Shown: piece by piece, positions 51,189 to 61,895 of the stretch | Layout of the letters: each line of letters opens with the position of its first letter | How positions within the stretch are numbered: position 1 is the stretch's first letter | Source of the DNA: a bacterium | Lineage (GTDB): Bacteria > UBA8248 > JACPRG01 > G963555815 | DNA: 64,000 nucleotides | Reading direction: 5' to 3' | NCBI GenBank assembly: GCA_965218795.1 | Contig: OZ244653.1 | Location: forward strand, 2,752,001 to 2,816,000 | Program-made: the position numbers and the translations under genes | The notes under the pieces: generated by a model | Databases searched by the model: none | The model's input: the letters and a program-made list of their open reading frames with translations, nothing else | What the model was told of the DNA's origin: nothing

Positions 51189-54163
51189 GCCGGAACCCGA
51201 CATCGGCCCGTCGTCCGCCCTCACCCGCGGAAGACCTCCAGCGGGACGAAGCCCTCACCTTTCATTTTGACGGCAGGACCATCCAGGCCCACCCGGGCGA
51301 TACGATTGGCTCGGCCCTGCATGCGGCGGGAATCCGGACCCTCAGTCGAAGCTTCAAGTACCATCGCCCGCGGGGGCTGTTTTGCGTCTCGGGCAACTGC
51401 CCGAATTGTCTGGTCGAAGTGGACGGCGAGCCGACGGTCCGCTCCTGCATGACCCCCGTCCGCCACGGGATGGAGGTGCGCGGGCAAAACGCCTGGCCTT
51501 CCGTCGAGCGCGATGTCCTGTCGATGGCGGACCGCTTCAGCGGTTTTCTTCCCCCCGGCTTCTATTACAAACGCTTTCATCAGCCGCGATGGGCGTGGCC
51601 GTTTTACGAAAAGATCCTGCGCCGCATGGCCGGTCTGGGGAGGATCCAACCGCAAAAAGTCGATCGGGATTCCCATGTTCCGAATGGAGATGTGTGGGAG
51701 AAGGAATATCATGCGGCCGACTTGACCATTGTCGGGGCCGGTCCGGCGGGACTCGCCGCCGCCCTGGAGGCAGCCCGGCTCGGTGTCTCCGTCATCCTGG
51801 TTGACGAGGGGGCCAGGCCGGGGGGGCACCTGCGGACGATCACCCGGCCGCTCGGAGAGCCGCCGGAATGGTCGGGACTCCCCGGCTGCGAAGCCGCCGC
51901 GCGGCTGACGGCGGAGCTGGAGGAACGTTCCAATGTTTCCATCTGGTCGCCGGCCTCCGCATTTGGCGTGTATGAAGACAATCTGGTCGGCGTTCTCATA
52001 GGCCGTCGGTTCGTTCAGGTGAGGACGGGGCATCTGCTGGTGGCGTCCGGAACCCTCGATCAGCCCCATCTCTTCCACAACAATGACCTTCCGGGCATTT
52101 TCCTCGGACGGGGATTGCGAAAACTTCTGAACCTTCAGGGCGTTTTCCCGGGGCGCAGGGTGCTCGTGTATGGCTCCCACGAAGAGGGCCTGTCCATCGC
52201 CTGTGAGCTGTTGGACGCCGGGGCCCGGGTTGCGGGTGTCGTCGGGGCGGCGTGTGACGGTCTTTCGGATCATCCGGATCTCCGACGATTGGAAGCGGAT
52301 CACGTTCCGCTGTTTCCGGACTGGACGCTGGCCGAGGCCATGGGGAAAAAGTGTGTTGAAGCGGCCAGGATCGTCAGAAGGTCCTCGGTTCGCGTGCAGG
52401 GGCCGGAAGAACAGGTTCTTCCCTGTGATGCCATATCGGTCTCGGCCGGATTCGCGCCGGTCTCCGACCTCCTTTTGATGGCCGGAGGGAAGGCCCGTTT
52501 CGATCATCCCTCCGGAGAGCCGGTTCCCGTGGATTTGCCCCCAGGGATTTCGGCCGCCGGAGAAGTCAGCGGTATTCACGGTCTGAGGGCCGTTCTGTTG
52601 CAGGGGAGAATCGCCGGGCTGGAGGCGGGCCTGGGGCTCGGAGCGGGGGACGCATCGACCCGAGAAAGGCTGGAAGGTCTTCGACAGGAAATGGATGCCA
52701 TCGATTCCAACCCAACGCCGGCGACCTTTGGCGAAGCCCCGGCATCACCCGATCTGAAAAAGCGTTTCGTTTGTCTCTGCGAGGACGTCACGGAGAAGGA
52801 TGTCTCCGCCTGCATCGAAGAAGGGTACGACAACATCGAGACCTTGAAACGGTACAGCACCGTAGGGATGGGTCCGTGCCAGGGCAAGATCTGCAACGTC
52901 ACCGCATCCCGAATCTGCGCGCGCGAGACCGGTCTGACGCTCCAGCAGACCCGCCTGACGACTTCCCGTCCGCCCTTTCGGCCGGTCCCTCTCGGCGCGT
53001 TGGCGGGGCGGATGTATCAGCCGATCCGTCGAACGCCGATGCACGCCTGCCATGAAGAAGCAGGCGCCAAGTGGATGGATGCAGGAGATTGGAAGCGCCC
53101 GGAGTGGTATACCTCCCCCGCCGATGAATGCCGGGCCGTCCACGAGGGGATAGGACTCATCGATGTCAGTACGCTGGGCAAGCTCGATATCCAAGGCCGG
53201 GACGCCGTCTGGCTCCTCGAAAAGGTCTACAACAATCAGTACCGGAAGCTGAACGTCGGGCGGGTTCGTTACGGTGTGATGTGCGATGACGCGGGGATCA
53301 TTTTCGACGACGGTACGGTCAGTCGGCTCGCGGAGGATCGGTTCTTCGTCACAACGACAACGAGCGGGATCGATACCGTCGAGCAGTGGATGGAATGGTG
53401 GATCCTCGGGACGGACCGGGAGGTCTTTGTGACGAACGTCACGGCGGGCTATGCCGCCATGAACGTGGCGGGGCCGAAGGTCCGCGAGCTCTTGTCTCAG
53501 CTGAGCGATATCGATCTCTCGACCGGGAATCTTCCTTATATGGCTTTTGCGGAAGGGGAGGTGGCCGGAGTTCCGTCGCGTCTTCTTCGAATCGGATTTG
53601 TCGGCGAGCTCGGTTACGAAATCCATTTTCCGGCCGAGTATGGCGAGTTTCTCTGGAATGTGCTGATGGAGGCCGGCCAACCTTACGGAATCCAGGCTTT
53701 CGGCGTGGAAGCGCAGCGCATCCTTCGCCTCCAGAAAGGGCACATCATCGTCGGACAGGATACCGACGCCCTGTCCAACTCCCTGGAGGCCGATATGCCC
53801 TGGATCGTGAAGCTCGACAAACCCGATTTCATCGGCCGCCACGCCCTGGAGCGGGTTCAGAACCGCGGTCTTCAGTGGAAGCTCATCGGTTTCGAGATGG
53901 CCAATCCGGCCGTTGTGGCGGAGGAGGGCGATCAGATCGTTGCGGTCGACGGAGCGGGCAGCCCGAACGGGCGCCTTCTGGGCCGGGTGACCAGCTCCAG
54001 GCGGAGCGAATTTCTGAAGAAATCAATCGGGCTGGGTTGGGTCCCGAAGGAATCGAGCGAACCGGGGTCTGAAGTCTGGATCCGGGTCGGGGGCCGGCCC
54101 CGGAAGGCCTTGGTGACGCGCCCGCCTTTCTATGACAAGGACGGAGAGCGGCTCAAGGCCTGA
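51185..54163 (+). CDS. soxA: Sarcosine-oxidase alpha-like subunit (Fe-S, NAD, GcvT domains)
   Basis: SRSFKYHRPRG, GAGPAGL, NNDLPG, DVSTLGK, GFVGELGYE, PFYD. Confidence 0.9.
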   Translation: MSRNPTSARRPPSPAEDLQRDEALTFHFDGRTIQAHPGDTIGSALHAAGIRTLSRSFKYHRPRGLFCVSGNCPNCLVEVDGEPTVRSCMTPVRHGMEVRGQNAWPSVERDVLSMADRFSGFLPPGFYYKRFHQPRWAWPFYEKILRRMAGLGRIQPQKVDRDSHVPNGDVWEKEYHAADLTIVGAGPAGLAAALEAARLGVSVILVDEGARPGGHLRTITRPLGEPPEWSGLPGCEAAARLTAELEERSNVSIWSPASAFGVYEDNLVGVLIGRRFVQVRTGHLLVASGTLDQPHLFHNNDLPGIFLGRGLRKLLNLQGVFPGRRVLVYGSHEEGLSIACELLDAGARVAGVVGAACDGLSDHPDLRRLEADHVPLFPDWTLAEAMGKKCVEAARIVRRSSVRVQGPEEQVLPCDAISVSAGFAPVSDLLLMAGGKARFDHPSGEPVPVDLPPGISAAGEVSGIHGLRAVLLQGRIAGLEAGLGLGAGDASTRERLEGLRQEMDAIDSNPTPATFGEAPASPDLKKRFVCLCEDVTEKDVSACIEEGYDNIETLKRYSTVGMGPCQGKICNVTASRICARETGLTLQQTRLTTSRPPFRPVPLGALAGRMYQPIRRTPMHACHEEAGAKWMDAGDWKRPEWYTSPADECRAVHEGIGLIDVSTLGKLDIQGRDAVWLLEKVYNNQYRKLNVGRVRYGVMCDDAGIIFDDGTVSRLAEDRFFVTTTTSGIDTVEQWMEWWILGTDREVFVTNVTAGYAAMNVAGPKVRELLSQLSDIDLSTGNLPYMAFAEGEVAGVPSRLLRIGFVGELGYEIHFPAEYGEFLWNVLMEAGQPYGIQAFGVEAQRILRLQKGHIIVGQDTDALSNSLEADMPWIVKLDKPDFIGRHALERVQNRGLQWKLIGFEMANPAVVAEEGDQIVAVDGAGSPNGRLLGRVTSSRRSEFLKKSIGLGWVPKESSEPGSEVWIRVGGRPRKALVTRPPFYDKDGERLKA

Positions 54164-54201
54164 GTTCCACTTCACCTACTGAAGGGAATGACGGGATCCG
54201 C

Positions 54202-54957
54202 ATGGTCAATCCAATGACTCATACGCCCCGGCGGAAGTCGGTTGTCGAGCCAAGGCTCGTTGAACTGGGCGGAAAACTCGCGGAACAGGACGGTTGGCAT
54301 CAGGCTGAATCCTTTGCTTCGGCCGAGACCGAAGCCCAGGCCGTACGGGAGGGCGTCGGCCTGTTCGACCTCAGCCCGTTGACGAAGATCGATCTCCGGC
54401 TGAAAGATCCCGCTGCGGCTTGGCCGCTTCTGTTTCCCGGAGAGAAGGCCCCGCCGGATTCCGGGTCGCTTGGCTGCGAACGGATTCAGAGGAATTCCAT
54501 TCAAGGCCGGCCCGTTCTGATCGCCCGGACAAGCCGGGAGCATTTCTTCCTGACGGGTTTGCCTTGCACCGCATCGGATATGGAACGGGCAATCCGGGAG
54601 GCGGCTTCCGGCCTTGCGGTGAGCGTCACGGACGTGACCTCCTGCTATTCCGCGTTCGAGTTGAGCGGACCGGCAGCGGGATCCGTTCTTCAAAAGCTCA
54701 CAAGAGTCGCGTCGCCGGCGAAAGACGCCATTGCAGTACAAGCCCGGGTGGCGGGGGTCCATACGCGAATCTTGCGAGTCGATGGCATGATCGCACCGGA
54801 CAAGCCGTCTTCATTCCCTGCGTTCAGGCTTTATGTTTCACGCGATCTGGGGCTTTCATTCTGGGAAGTCCTGGAAGATGCAGGACGTGAGTTCAGGATT
54901 CAGCCGTACGGGACGCTTGCGCGCGCGCAATTATTTCCGGATGTGTTTCCCGGTTAG
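54202..54957 (+). CDS. soxG: Sarcosine-oxidase gamma-like / GcvT N-domain subunit
   Basis: AVREGVGLFDLS, TDVTS.Y..FELSGP; position in the cluster. Confidence 0.7.
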   Translation: MVNPMTHTPRRKSVVEPRLVELGGKLAEQDGWHQAESFASAETEAQAVREGVGLFDLSPLTKIDLRLKDPAAAWPLLFPGEKAPPDSGSLGCERIQRNSIQGRPVLIARTSREHFFLTGLPCTASDMERAIREAASGLAVSVTDVTSCYSAFELSGPAAGSVLQKLTRVASPAKDAIAVQARVAGVHTRILRVDGMIAPDKPSSFPAFRLYVSRDLGLSFWEVLEDAGREFRIQPYGTLARAQLFPDVFPG

Positions 54958-54969
54958 GGAGATGTTGCC

Positions 54970-56187
54970 TTGACGGCCAACGGTTTGAACGTCAACGGAC
55001 GCATGTGGACCTGGACTGATCTCAAGGACCGGTATGACGTGGTGATCATCGGCGCGGGCGCTCACGGTCTTGCGACGGCGTACTACCTGGCCCGGCACGG
55101 GATCACGGACGTCGCTCTGGTGGACAAGGGATACCTCGGGTCCGGCGCGAGCGGCCGAAATACGGCCATCGTCCGGTCGAATTACCGCACGGCCGAGGGT
55201 GTTCCCTTCTACAACGAAGGCCTGAAGCTGTACATGGAGATGTCCGAGGAGCTCGACTTCAATGTCATGCTCTCCCAGCAGGGCCACCTGACGCTGGCCC
55301 ACACCGACAGGGCGGTCGCGGGCCTCCGGGAGCGGGCGGAAGTCAACCAGATCCTGGGCGTGAACAGCCGGCTGATCTTCCTGGATGAGATTGCGAGGCT
55401 GGTTCCGGGACTCGACGTAAGCGATCATCCGCGATTTCCCATCATGGCGGGTCTTTATCACCCCCCGGGCGGAATCATCCGGCATGACGCCGTGGTTTGG
55501 GGCTATGCCCGCGCGGTCGACCGGGCGGGCGTGGAGATCCATCCCTTCACGGAGGTGACCGACATTCAGGTGGAAAATGGAGCCGTCACGGGCGTCATGA
55601 CGAATCGGGGACCCATCAAAACGGGAACCGTCGTCAACGCGACGGCGGGGTGGGCCTCGACGATCTCCAACATGGCGGGCGTCCCCCTCCCCATCGTCAC
55701 CCATCCCCTCCAGGCCTTCGTGACCGAACCTCTGAAGCCCTGGCTCAACACCGTCATTGTTTCCGGAACGCTGCACGTCTACATCAACCAGACGGGCCGG
55801 GGGGAACTCGTCATCGGGGCGGAGTTCGATCACTATTCCTCTTACAGTATGCGATCGACCCTTGATTTCATGGAGCAGTCGGCGACGCATTCCATCGAAC
55901 TCTTCCCCTTCCTTCGCGAGGTTCGGGTGCTCCGCCAATGGGCCGGGATCTGCGACATGACGCCCGACTTCAGCCCGATCATCGGACCCGTGGACGAACT
56001 GGAGGGATACTATCTGGACGTGGGGTGGGGGACCTACGGCTTCAAGGTGGCGCCGATTGCCGGAAAAACCACTGCGGAATGTATCGCGACCGGAAGGGTG
56101 CCGGATCTCATCACCCCCTTCGCCTATTCCCGCTTTGAGGACGACGTTCTCGTCGGCGAGCGCGCCGCCGCGGCGACATCTCACTAG
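54970..56187 (+). CDS. soxB: Sarcosine-oxidase beta-like FAD subunit
   Basis: IIGAGAHGLATAYYLA, SGRNTAIVRSNY, RHDAVVWGYA, GWGTYGFK. Confidence 0.92.
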   Translation: MTANGLNVNGRMWTWTDLKDRYDVVIIGAGAHGLATAYYLARHGITDVALVDKGYLGSGASGRNTAIVRSNYRTAEGVPFYNEGLKLYMEMSEELDFNVMLSQQGHLTLAHTDRAVAGLRERAEVNQILGVNSRLIFLDEIARLVPGLDVSDHPRFPIMAGLYHPPGGIIRHDAVVWGYARAVDRAGVEIHPFTEVTDIQVENGAVTGVMTNRGPIKTGTVVNATAGWASTISNMAGVPLPIVTHPLQAFVTEPLKPWLNTVIVSGTLHVYINQTGRGELVIGAEFDHYSSYSMRSTLDFMEQSATHSIELFPFLREVRVLRQWAGICDMTPDFSPIIGPVDELEGYYLDVGWGTYGFKVAPIAGKTTAECIATGRVPDLITPFAYSRFEDDVLVGERAAAATSH

Positions 56188-56654
56188 TTTCAGAATCTTT
56201 TCATCAATTTTTCGAAAGTCCGGTGGGTCTTCGTGGTTTACGTCCGTTGGTCCACAATATCCTGACCCCTCATTCCAGCTTCAGGAATTTTCGATTCGGA
56301 TCCGGTGTCCGGGATTGGAAATAACTGTAAATGGCGAAAATAGCGGGATTTGCTGGGATGGTGGAGGGGGTTGTTCATGTCCCGGCGCGCGCAAAAGATG
56401 AGTTTGAAATCGCTGATTTGCGTTAAAAAGGCGGACCGGAACTTTTTGGCTTAGATCGCCAAATCAAGTCGTAACAAGCGGCTTTTCCGGGACTTTTGTA
56501 AAGAAAAAGGGGGGGCGGAAGGGCCGCGGGTTTATGATGGGCAGACAGCGCGCCGCGGCCGCAACAGAAGCGTGATGGCCGGCGGGGACTTGGCCCGAAA
56601 AGAACTAACTGTAAATTTGTTGACAGGATTCGGATGAAAAAGGCCCCGGAAACG

Positions 56655-57161
56655 CTTTTTCATGGGCGCTTCAGGGGTCTTTTTCGGGGGGCGTCCATCT
56701 CATCACCGACAAGCCCACTGGCATGCGCCATGTTGGATCGGCCTATGGCGATTCAGAGATTTTTTCGGGGGGATATTCCACTTTGCATTCCCGTGGAAGC
56801 CCGCCCCTGGTCCTTGAATCACTCCCCCCTGGAGGGGGAGTCGGGGGAGTCGGCAAGACAAGGGCGCAGCCCGCGGATTTTGCCGGTGGGGGGGAGACGG
56901 CTGTTCGGCTTGACGCGGCGGAGGGAGCGGATCGGCCTTGTTGCCGGACGGGGACGGGAACCCATGCGGCATGGCCTCCAACGGGAGCATTCGGGGACTC
57001 GCCTCCACCCCGTCATTCCCGCGCAACATGCCCTCGAAAGCTTCAATCGGGGGCGGGAATCCAGTCATGGTCTCCTGGTTTCAGCCCCTTTTCCAGGTCG
57101 TTTCGCCCCGGAATTTCCCGGAATCCCAGGCCATTCGCAATGATTTTTGATCCGCTGCAAC
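56655..57161. repeat. Mosaic of dispersed repeats (GIY-YIG fragment copy, CTCCCCCCTGGAGGGGGAG palindrome, GTCATTCCCGC..GCGGGAATCCAG element)
   Basis: 56680-56760 matches 8579-8660; palindrome at 56821-56840; REP-like element at 57012-57064. Confidence 0.65.
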
Positions 57162-57228
57162 CGGGCGGAGCGTGCCCCCTCCGTCCGGTTTGTTCTTGCG
57201 TTCATCGACCGCGTCACCGCTGGATAGC

Positions 57229-57996
57229 TTACGTTTTCCAATAAATGAAACGCTTTTCCGCAAGCGCGATGAGCCCAAAAAGAACCGCTCCCAAGATTGC
57301 CAAGACAAACAGAATGGCGAGGGAGAAGCCGATATTCATCCGGCTGGAGGCGAACAGAAGCAGATAACCCAGCCCATTCCGACCCGCGACGATTTCCGCC
57401 ACGACCACACCGATGACCGAAAGCGTGATAGAGATCTTCATCCCGGCGAAGATGTAGGGCAGCGACCATGGCAATTCCACCTTGAAAAACATCTGCCACC
57501 AGTTGCACGAAAGAGAGTTTGCAAATTGGTGGACGTTCGGCGGGATGCTCCGGATTGCGAGGATGGTGTTGATCACCATGGGGAAGAAAGCGGTCAGAAA
57601 GGCCAGCGTGAGGCGGGAAAACACGCCCGCACCGAACCAGATGATCAGAAGGGGCGCCAAGGCCTCTTTGGGCAGAACCTGGAAGAGAACGACAATCGGA
57701 TAAACGGCCCGGTAAATGAGTTCCGATTTCCCGATCAGCCAGCCCGTCGCAACTCCAATCATGACGGAGAGCCCAAATCCCAGGAGGGCCTGATAAAAGG
57801 TCGGCCACGCGTGCTGCCCGAAAAGCGGGGCTTGTTCGATTAGGCTGGCGACGATCCGGCTCGGTCCGGGAACCATCGTGGGCGGAATTTGACCCAGTCT
57901 CGTCACCGTCTCCCAGAAAACGAGAACGAGGACGCCGAAGAGCACCGGAGGCAAGAGCTCTCTCGCTGCTGTCATGACCCTGTGCATCGGTGACAC
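57229..57996 (-). CDS. ABC transporter permease (NitT/TauT class)
   Basis: QVLPKEALAPLLIIWFG, FFPMVINT, KVELPWSLPYIFAGMK. Confidence 0.92.
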   Translation of the reverse strand: MSPMHRVMTAARELLPPVLFGVLVLVFWETVTRLGQIPPTMVPGPSRIVASLIEQAPLFGQHAWPTFYQALLGFGLSVMIGVATGWLIGKSELIYRAVYPIVVLFQVLPKEALAPLLIIWFGAGVFSRLTLAFLTAFFPMVINTILAIRSIPPNVHQFANSLSCNWWQMFFKVELPWSLPYIFAGMKISITLSVIGVVVAEIVAGRNGLGYLLLFASSRMNIGFSLAILFVLAILGAVLFGLIALAEKRFIYWKT

Positions 57997-58005
57997 CCTT
58001 CCGGG

Positions 58006-58767
58006 CTACTCAGCCGGGTTCCAGTAAATCAACCACCTGTCGAAGGCCTCGATAAGAGCGAGCAACCCGAGGCCGATCACCCCTACGAGAAGGATCGCCG
58101 CAATCGTCAAGGACGTTTCTAACAATGCGGCCGATTCTACGATTACCTTTCCCAGCCCCCCGCCCGAGGCCACGAATTCTCCGACAATGATCCCGATGAC
58201 CGAGACGGCAACCGTAATTTTGATTCCGCCCACGATGGAGGGGAGTGCGTTCGGCAGCCGGACCTTGAAGAAGATCTGCCACTCCGTCGCGGAAAGGGAG
58301 CGTGCATAGGTGAGCATGGTCCCGCTCGCGCTCGACAGACCGGTCACCGTATTAATCACCATCGGGAAGTAGGCGATCAAAAAGGCCAGCACGAGGCGTG
58401 ACATGCCCCCGACGCCGAACCAGACAATCAACACCGGGGCCAGCGCCACCTTGGGCATCGTCTGGGTCAGGAGAATATAGGGGAAGATGGCGCGCCGGAT
58501 CAGAGGGACCTGAAACACAAGGAGTGCGGAAAGGAAACCGCCTGCAATCGCGCACGCGGCCGCCGTTAGGATTTCTGAGAGCGTTTGACCGGCTGCTTTG
58601 AGGAGTTTCGCAGATTCCAGCACCAGCGTGTCGTAAACCTCGATAGGCGCCGGGAGAAGGAAAGCGGGGACTTGAAAGACCCGGATGGCCGCATCCCAGA
58701 ACAAGACGGACAGGGCGAGAACGATAAATGGGATGGCCATGCGCGTCTTTTTCACCAGCAGGTTCAT
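58006..58767 (-). CDS. ABC transporter permease (NitT/TauT class)
   Basis: PKVALAPVLIVWFG, KVRLPNALP, IVGEFV. Confidence 0.92.
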   Translation of the reverse strand: MNLLVKKTRMAIPFIVLALSVLFWDAAIRVFQVPAFLLPAPIEVYDTLVLESAKLLKAAGQTLSEILTAAACAIAGGFLSALLVFQVPLIRRAIFPYILLTQTMPKVALAPVLIVWFGVGGMSRLVLAFLIAYFPMVINTVTGLSSASGTMLTYARSLSATEWQIFFKVRLPNALPSIVGGIKITVAVSVIGIIVGEFVASGGGLGKVIVESAALLETSLTIAAILLVGVIGLGLLALIEAFDRWLIYWNPAE

Positions 58768-58782
58768 CGATTCTCCAGGGAC

Positions 58783-59586
58783 TCAGCGCCCCATCACCTG
58801 ACGAATTTCAGCGCAAACTCGATTGAATTCCGGTGTCTCCTGCATCTCAAGCGTCCGGGGTCGAGGCAAATCGATTTGAAACTCGCGTAACAGACGCCCG
58901 GGCCGGGGCGTCAACAGCAGGACCCGGTCCGAAAGGAACACCGACTCCCGGATGCTGTGGGTGACGAACAGGACGCACTTCTTGAACTTTTCCCAGATGC
59001 GCAGCAGTTCCAGATTCATGTCCTCCCGGGTCAGGATGTCCAATGCGCTGAAGGGCTCATCCATCAGAAGCAACTCGGGATCTGATATCAAGGCCCGGCA
59101 CAGCGTGACCCGCTGCTTCATTCCGCCGGAGAGCTGTTCCGGCAATCGGTCCTTGAAATCCTCCAGATCCGTCATTCTCAGAAGCGTGAGGGCCTTCGGA
59201 AGGAATTCGTCCGTTTTCAATCGAAGCACTTCGATGGGAAAGAGGACATTCTTGAGGACGGTCCTCCAAGGGAAGAGAACCGGTGTCTGAAAAACCATGA
59301 CGGTCTCGCGGCGTGGACGCCGCACGGTTTGACCGTCGATGTAGACCTGCCCCTGGGTCGGCTGAAGAATCCCCGCGATCAGGCTCAAGAGGGTGCTTTT
59401 GCCGCACCCGCTCGGACCGAGTATGCTGACAAACTCCCCCTGCGCGACTTCGAAGGAAATCTCCTGTATCGCGACCACGGAGTCGGGCGGATTGCCGAAA
59501 ACCACACGCACCTGATCGGCAACCACGTAGGCATGTCCGGCCATATCAAAGCAAGCTTCTCCCCCCGACTTCCGTTGGGCCGCCAA
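58783..59586 (-). CDS. ABC transporter ATP-binding protein
   Basis: GPSGCGKS, LSGGMKQR, LLMDEPF, VTHS. Confidence 0.95.
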   Translation of the reverse strand: MAAQRKSGGEACFDMAGHAYVVADQVRVVFGNPPDSVVAIQEISFEVAQGEFVSILGPSGCGKSTLLSLIAGILQPTQGQVYIDGQTVRRPRRETVMVFQTPVLFPWRTVLKNVLFPIEVLRLKTDEFLPKALTLLRMTDLEDFKDRLPEQLSGGMKQRVTLCRALISDPELLLMDEPFSALDILTREDMNLELLRIWEKFKKCVLFVTHSIRESVFLSDRVLLLTPRPGRLLREFQIDLPRPRTLEMQETPEFNRVCAEIRQVMGR

Positions 59587-59609
59587 AGGGGCGAGTCACA
59601 TCAGGGGAA

Positions 59610-60710
59610 TTACCGGGTCAGATATTTCCCCACGGATTGACGGACCTTGTCCCACTCGTCCGCGGCTAGATTGACGCCTCCCACAAACTTGTTCGTATAG
59701 GTCGAATCGGCGGTCAGTTTTTTCTTCAGTCCCATGTACTTGTTGACCACGTCCAGGGTCGCCCCGACCTTGGCGGGATGATGCCAGCCGAGGCCGTTTT
59801 TCTTGGCATCTTCCACGAATCCCAAGGCCGTATTGATCATCAGGGAATGACGGGTGATTTCCCTGTCGCGGTCGGATTTTCCGGACTCCGGGACCGCCTT
59901 GACGAAGACTTCCAGGGTCTCGTCAGGATCGAGGTACGAAAACTTCAACCCCTCCATCACCCCGCCTACAAAGTTCCGGACCTGATCCGGCGAGTTCTTC
60001 AAACGCTTCTCCTGGGTGATGAACGTCAGGCTGTAGATGTCCAGCCCGTTGTTTGCGTAGAAGAGGAGATCGAAGGGGACTTTGTCCGCCCAGAGATAGG
60101 GAGCGCTGGACTGATAGAAGGAGCCGATGGCCTGAACGTCCCTGTTCCGCAAAGCCTGGACCGTAATCCCCGGAGACAGCATGACACGCGTGACGGAACC
60201 GGCGTTGATGCCGTTCGCCTTGACAAAGGCCGGCCAGAGAACGTTCGAGCCGGAGTGGGCCGAATCTCCGACTTTTTTTCCTTCCAGATCCTTCGGCCGA
60301 CCGATGCCCGAGCCCTTCAGGGAGACGATGGTGATGGGCGATCGCTGGTTGACCATCGCAATCGAAACAATGGGTAATCCCTGGCCCATGGATTTGATGG
60401 AAACGCCGAAGTCGGCCTGTCCGAAATCGTACCGGCCCAGCCCGACCGTCTTCGCGGCCTCTCCGGACCCGTATCCGCGGGTGATCGATACGTCCAGGCC
60501 GCGTTTCTTCCAAATGCCCTTGTCCCGAGCCACGTACATGAAGGCGACTTCGCCTTCGGGAATCCAGGGCAGGGTCAGCTTGATTTCATCAGCGGCCTGA
60601 ACGATGCCTCCGCCGCCGAAAGTCAGGCCCAGAAACGCAATCAGGAAGAACCCGATCGACTTGCGAAAGACACGCGATCCTCGACTGAGAACATGGGTTT
60701 TCACCTTCAT
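59610..60710 (-). CDS. NMT1/Thi5-like ABC substrate-binding protein
   Basis: Signal peptide; YVARDKG..KRGLDVSI.RGYGS, PKDLEGKKVG. Confidence 0.88.
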   Translation of the reverse strand: MKVKTHVLSRGSRVFRKSIGFFLIAFLGLTFGGGGIVQAADEIKLTLPWIPEGEVAFMYVARDKGIWKKRGLDVSITRGYGSGEAAKTVGLGRYDFGQADFGVSIKSMGQGLPIVSIAMVNQRSPITIVSLKGSGIGRPKDLEGKKVGDSAHSGSNVLWPAFVKANGINAGSVTRVMLSPGITVQALRNRDVQAIGSFYQSSAPYLWADKVPFDLLFYANNGLDIYSLTFITQEKRLKNSPDQVRNFVGGVMEGLKFSYLDPDETLEVFVKAVPESGKSDRDREITRHSLMINTALGFVEDAKKNGLGWHHPAKVGATLDVVNKYMGLKKKLTADSTYTNKFVGGVNLAADEWDKVRQSVGKYLTR

Positions 60711-60786
60711 GCTCCTTCCTCCTTTCCTTTGACCTTTGCAGGTCAATCGGGTCTCTGTTCAGGTTCCTGAAAGAATGCGGGGAGCT

Positions 60787-61506
60787 TCACCCATTCAGGG
60801 AATGCCGGTAAATCTGGACTCCGATAGCCTTGTTTTGCGGACCGCTGCAACCGCCTGGACAGGCGGAAATCGTCACAATCGAGTCGATCTCCGCGATCAG
60901 CTCCACGTAGTCGCCCTCCTTTGCATCCGGATCTTGGAAAAACAGGCGATCATTCCCGTCAACCCCGGTCATCATGAACAGGTTGAACGCGTCATGAATG
61001 TAGTCGAGGCTCAGCCCGAACTTCTCCACCGCGCCAGCCATGTTGTTCTGGCAGTTCGGCTGACCTGTCTCGCCCTGCAACACCTCAAAATAGCGCTCAT
61101 TGCACCTGGACCAGAGCAGGTCGTGGGAGGCAGCGCCATCCGGCATGGGCTGGTGGTCCACGGTGTCCGCTATCAGGGTAAACATGGGCCTCATCTCGGG
61201 CGGCGTGCTCCACAACCGATTGCCCACTGTCAGATGGGCCCCTTCGAGGATGCGGGTCCTGCCCGACCAGAACCGCTCCGTGGGGTTATCCTTGCAGAAC
61301 GCATTGAAGTCGGCCACCTGGGGGCCCTCGATCTCAATCACGCGCAGAATCTGGCCGGCCTCAACAATAAAGGCCTCTCCGGTTTCCTTGGGGATCGTGA
61401 TTTCCTCGACGAGCTCGCGGACCGAATCGTTCTCAGCCAGCTCTTGATAGCGCCTCTTTCGAGACTCGTCCATGGCAGGGGTTTCGTGAACGACGCGGTG
61501 GGTCAT
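60787..61506 (-). CDS. DUF1989 family protein
   Basis: EGPQVADFN, HDLLWSRC, NCQNNM, SACPGG; first gene of the ABC operon. Confidence 0.9.
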   Translation of the reverse strand: MTHRVVHETPAMDESRKRRYQELAENDSVRELVEEITIPKETGEAFIVEAGQILRVIEIEGPQVADFNAFCKDNPTERFWSGRTRILEGAHLTVGNRLWSTPPEMRPMFTLIADTVDHQPMPDGAASHDLLWSRCNERYFEVLQGETGQPNCQNNMAGAVEKFGLSLDYIHDAFNLFMMTGVDGNDRLFFQDPDAKEGDYVELIAEIDSIVTISACPGGCSGPQNKAIGVQIYRHSLNG

Positions 61507-61635
61507 GAAATAGGCCCTCATATGGGGGTGATGGTGACGATTCCACCTTGCCGACCGCTCTTCCATCGAAGCCCCGCAGCGGGCTTCGAGGCTTCACCAG
61601 AAGGCCTAAAACTATGGGGATTGCATATTGTTCAC

Positions 61636-61665
61636 AGTGTAACTTTGCCTTCGAGTTCGTGTCAA
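61636..61665 (-). promoter_or_regulatory. Sigma70-like promoter of the DUF1989-ABC operon
   Basis: Minus strand TTGACA-18 bp-TACACT. Confidence 0.6.
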
Positions 61666-61895
61666 CACGGAAGATTGGATCCGATGGGAACCAAGTCTTC
61701 GTTTGGATTCAGAGGCCAGCGATTCTGCATCGGAATTAGAGTTCACATCTCCTCGCATGCCGGGTTTCGGATATCGGGAACTAAAGCGGGCGGTTTCACC
61801 GCAACCAGCCTGGCGAGATCTCGGACGGGCGCGGTTGCAACCCGACTCTCTCCAAACCCTTGTTTCCCTCCGGTTCTGAATATATCGTTGCCGGT

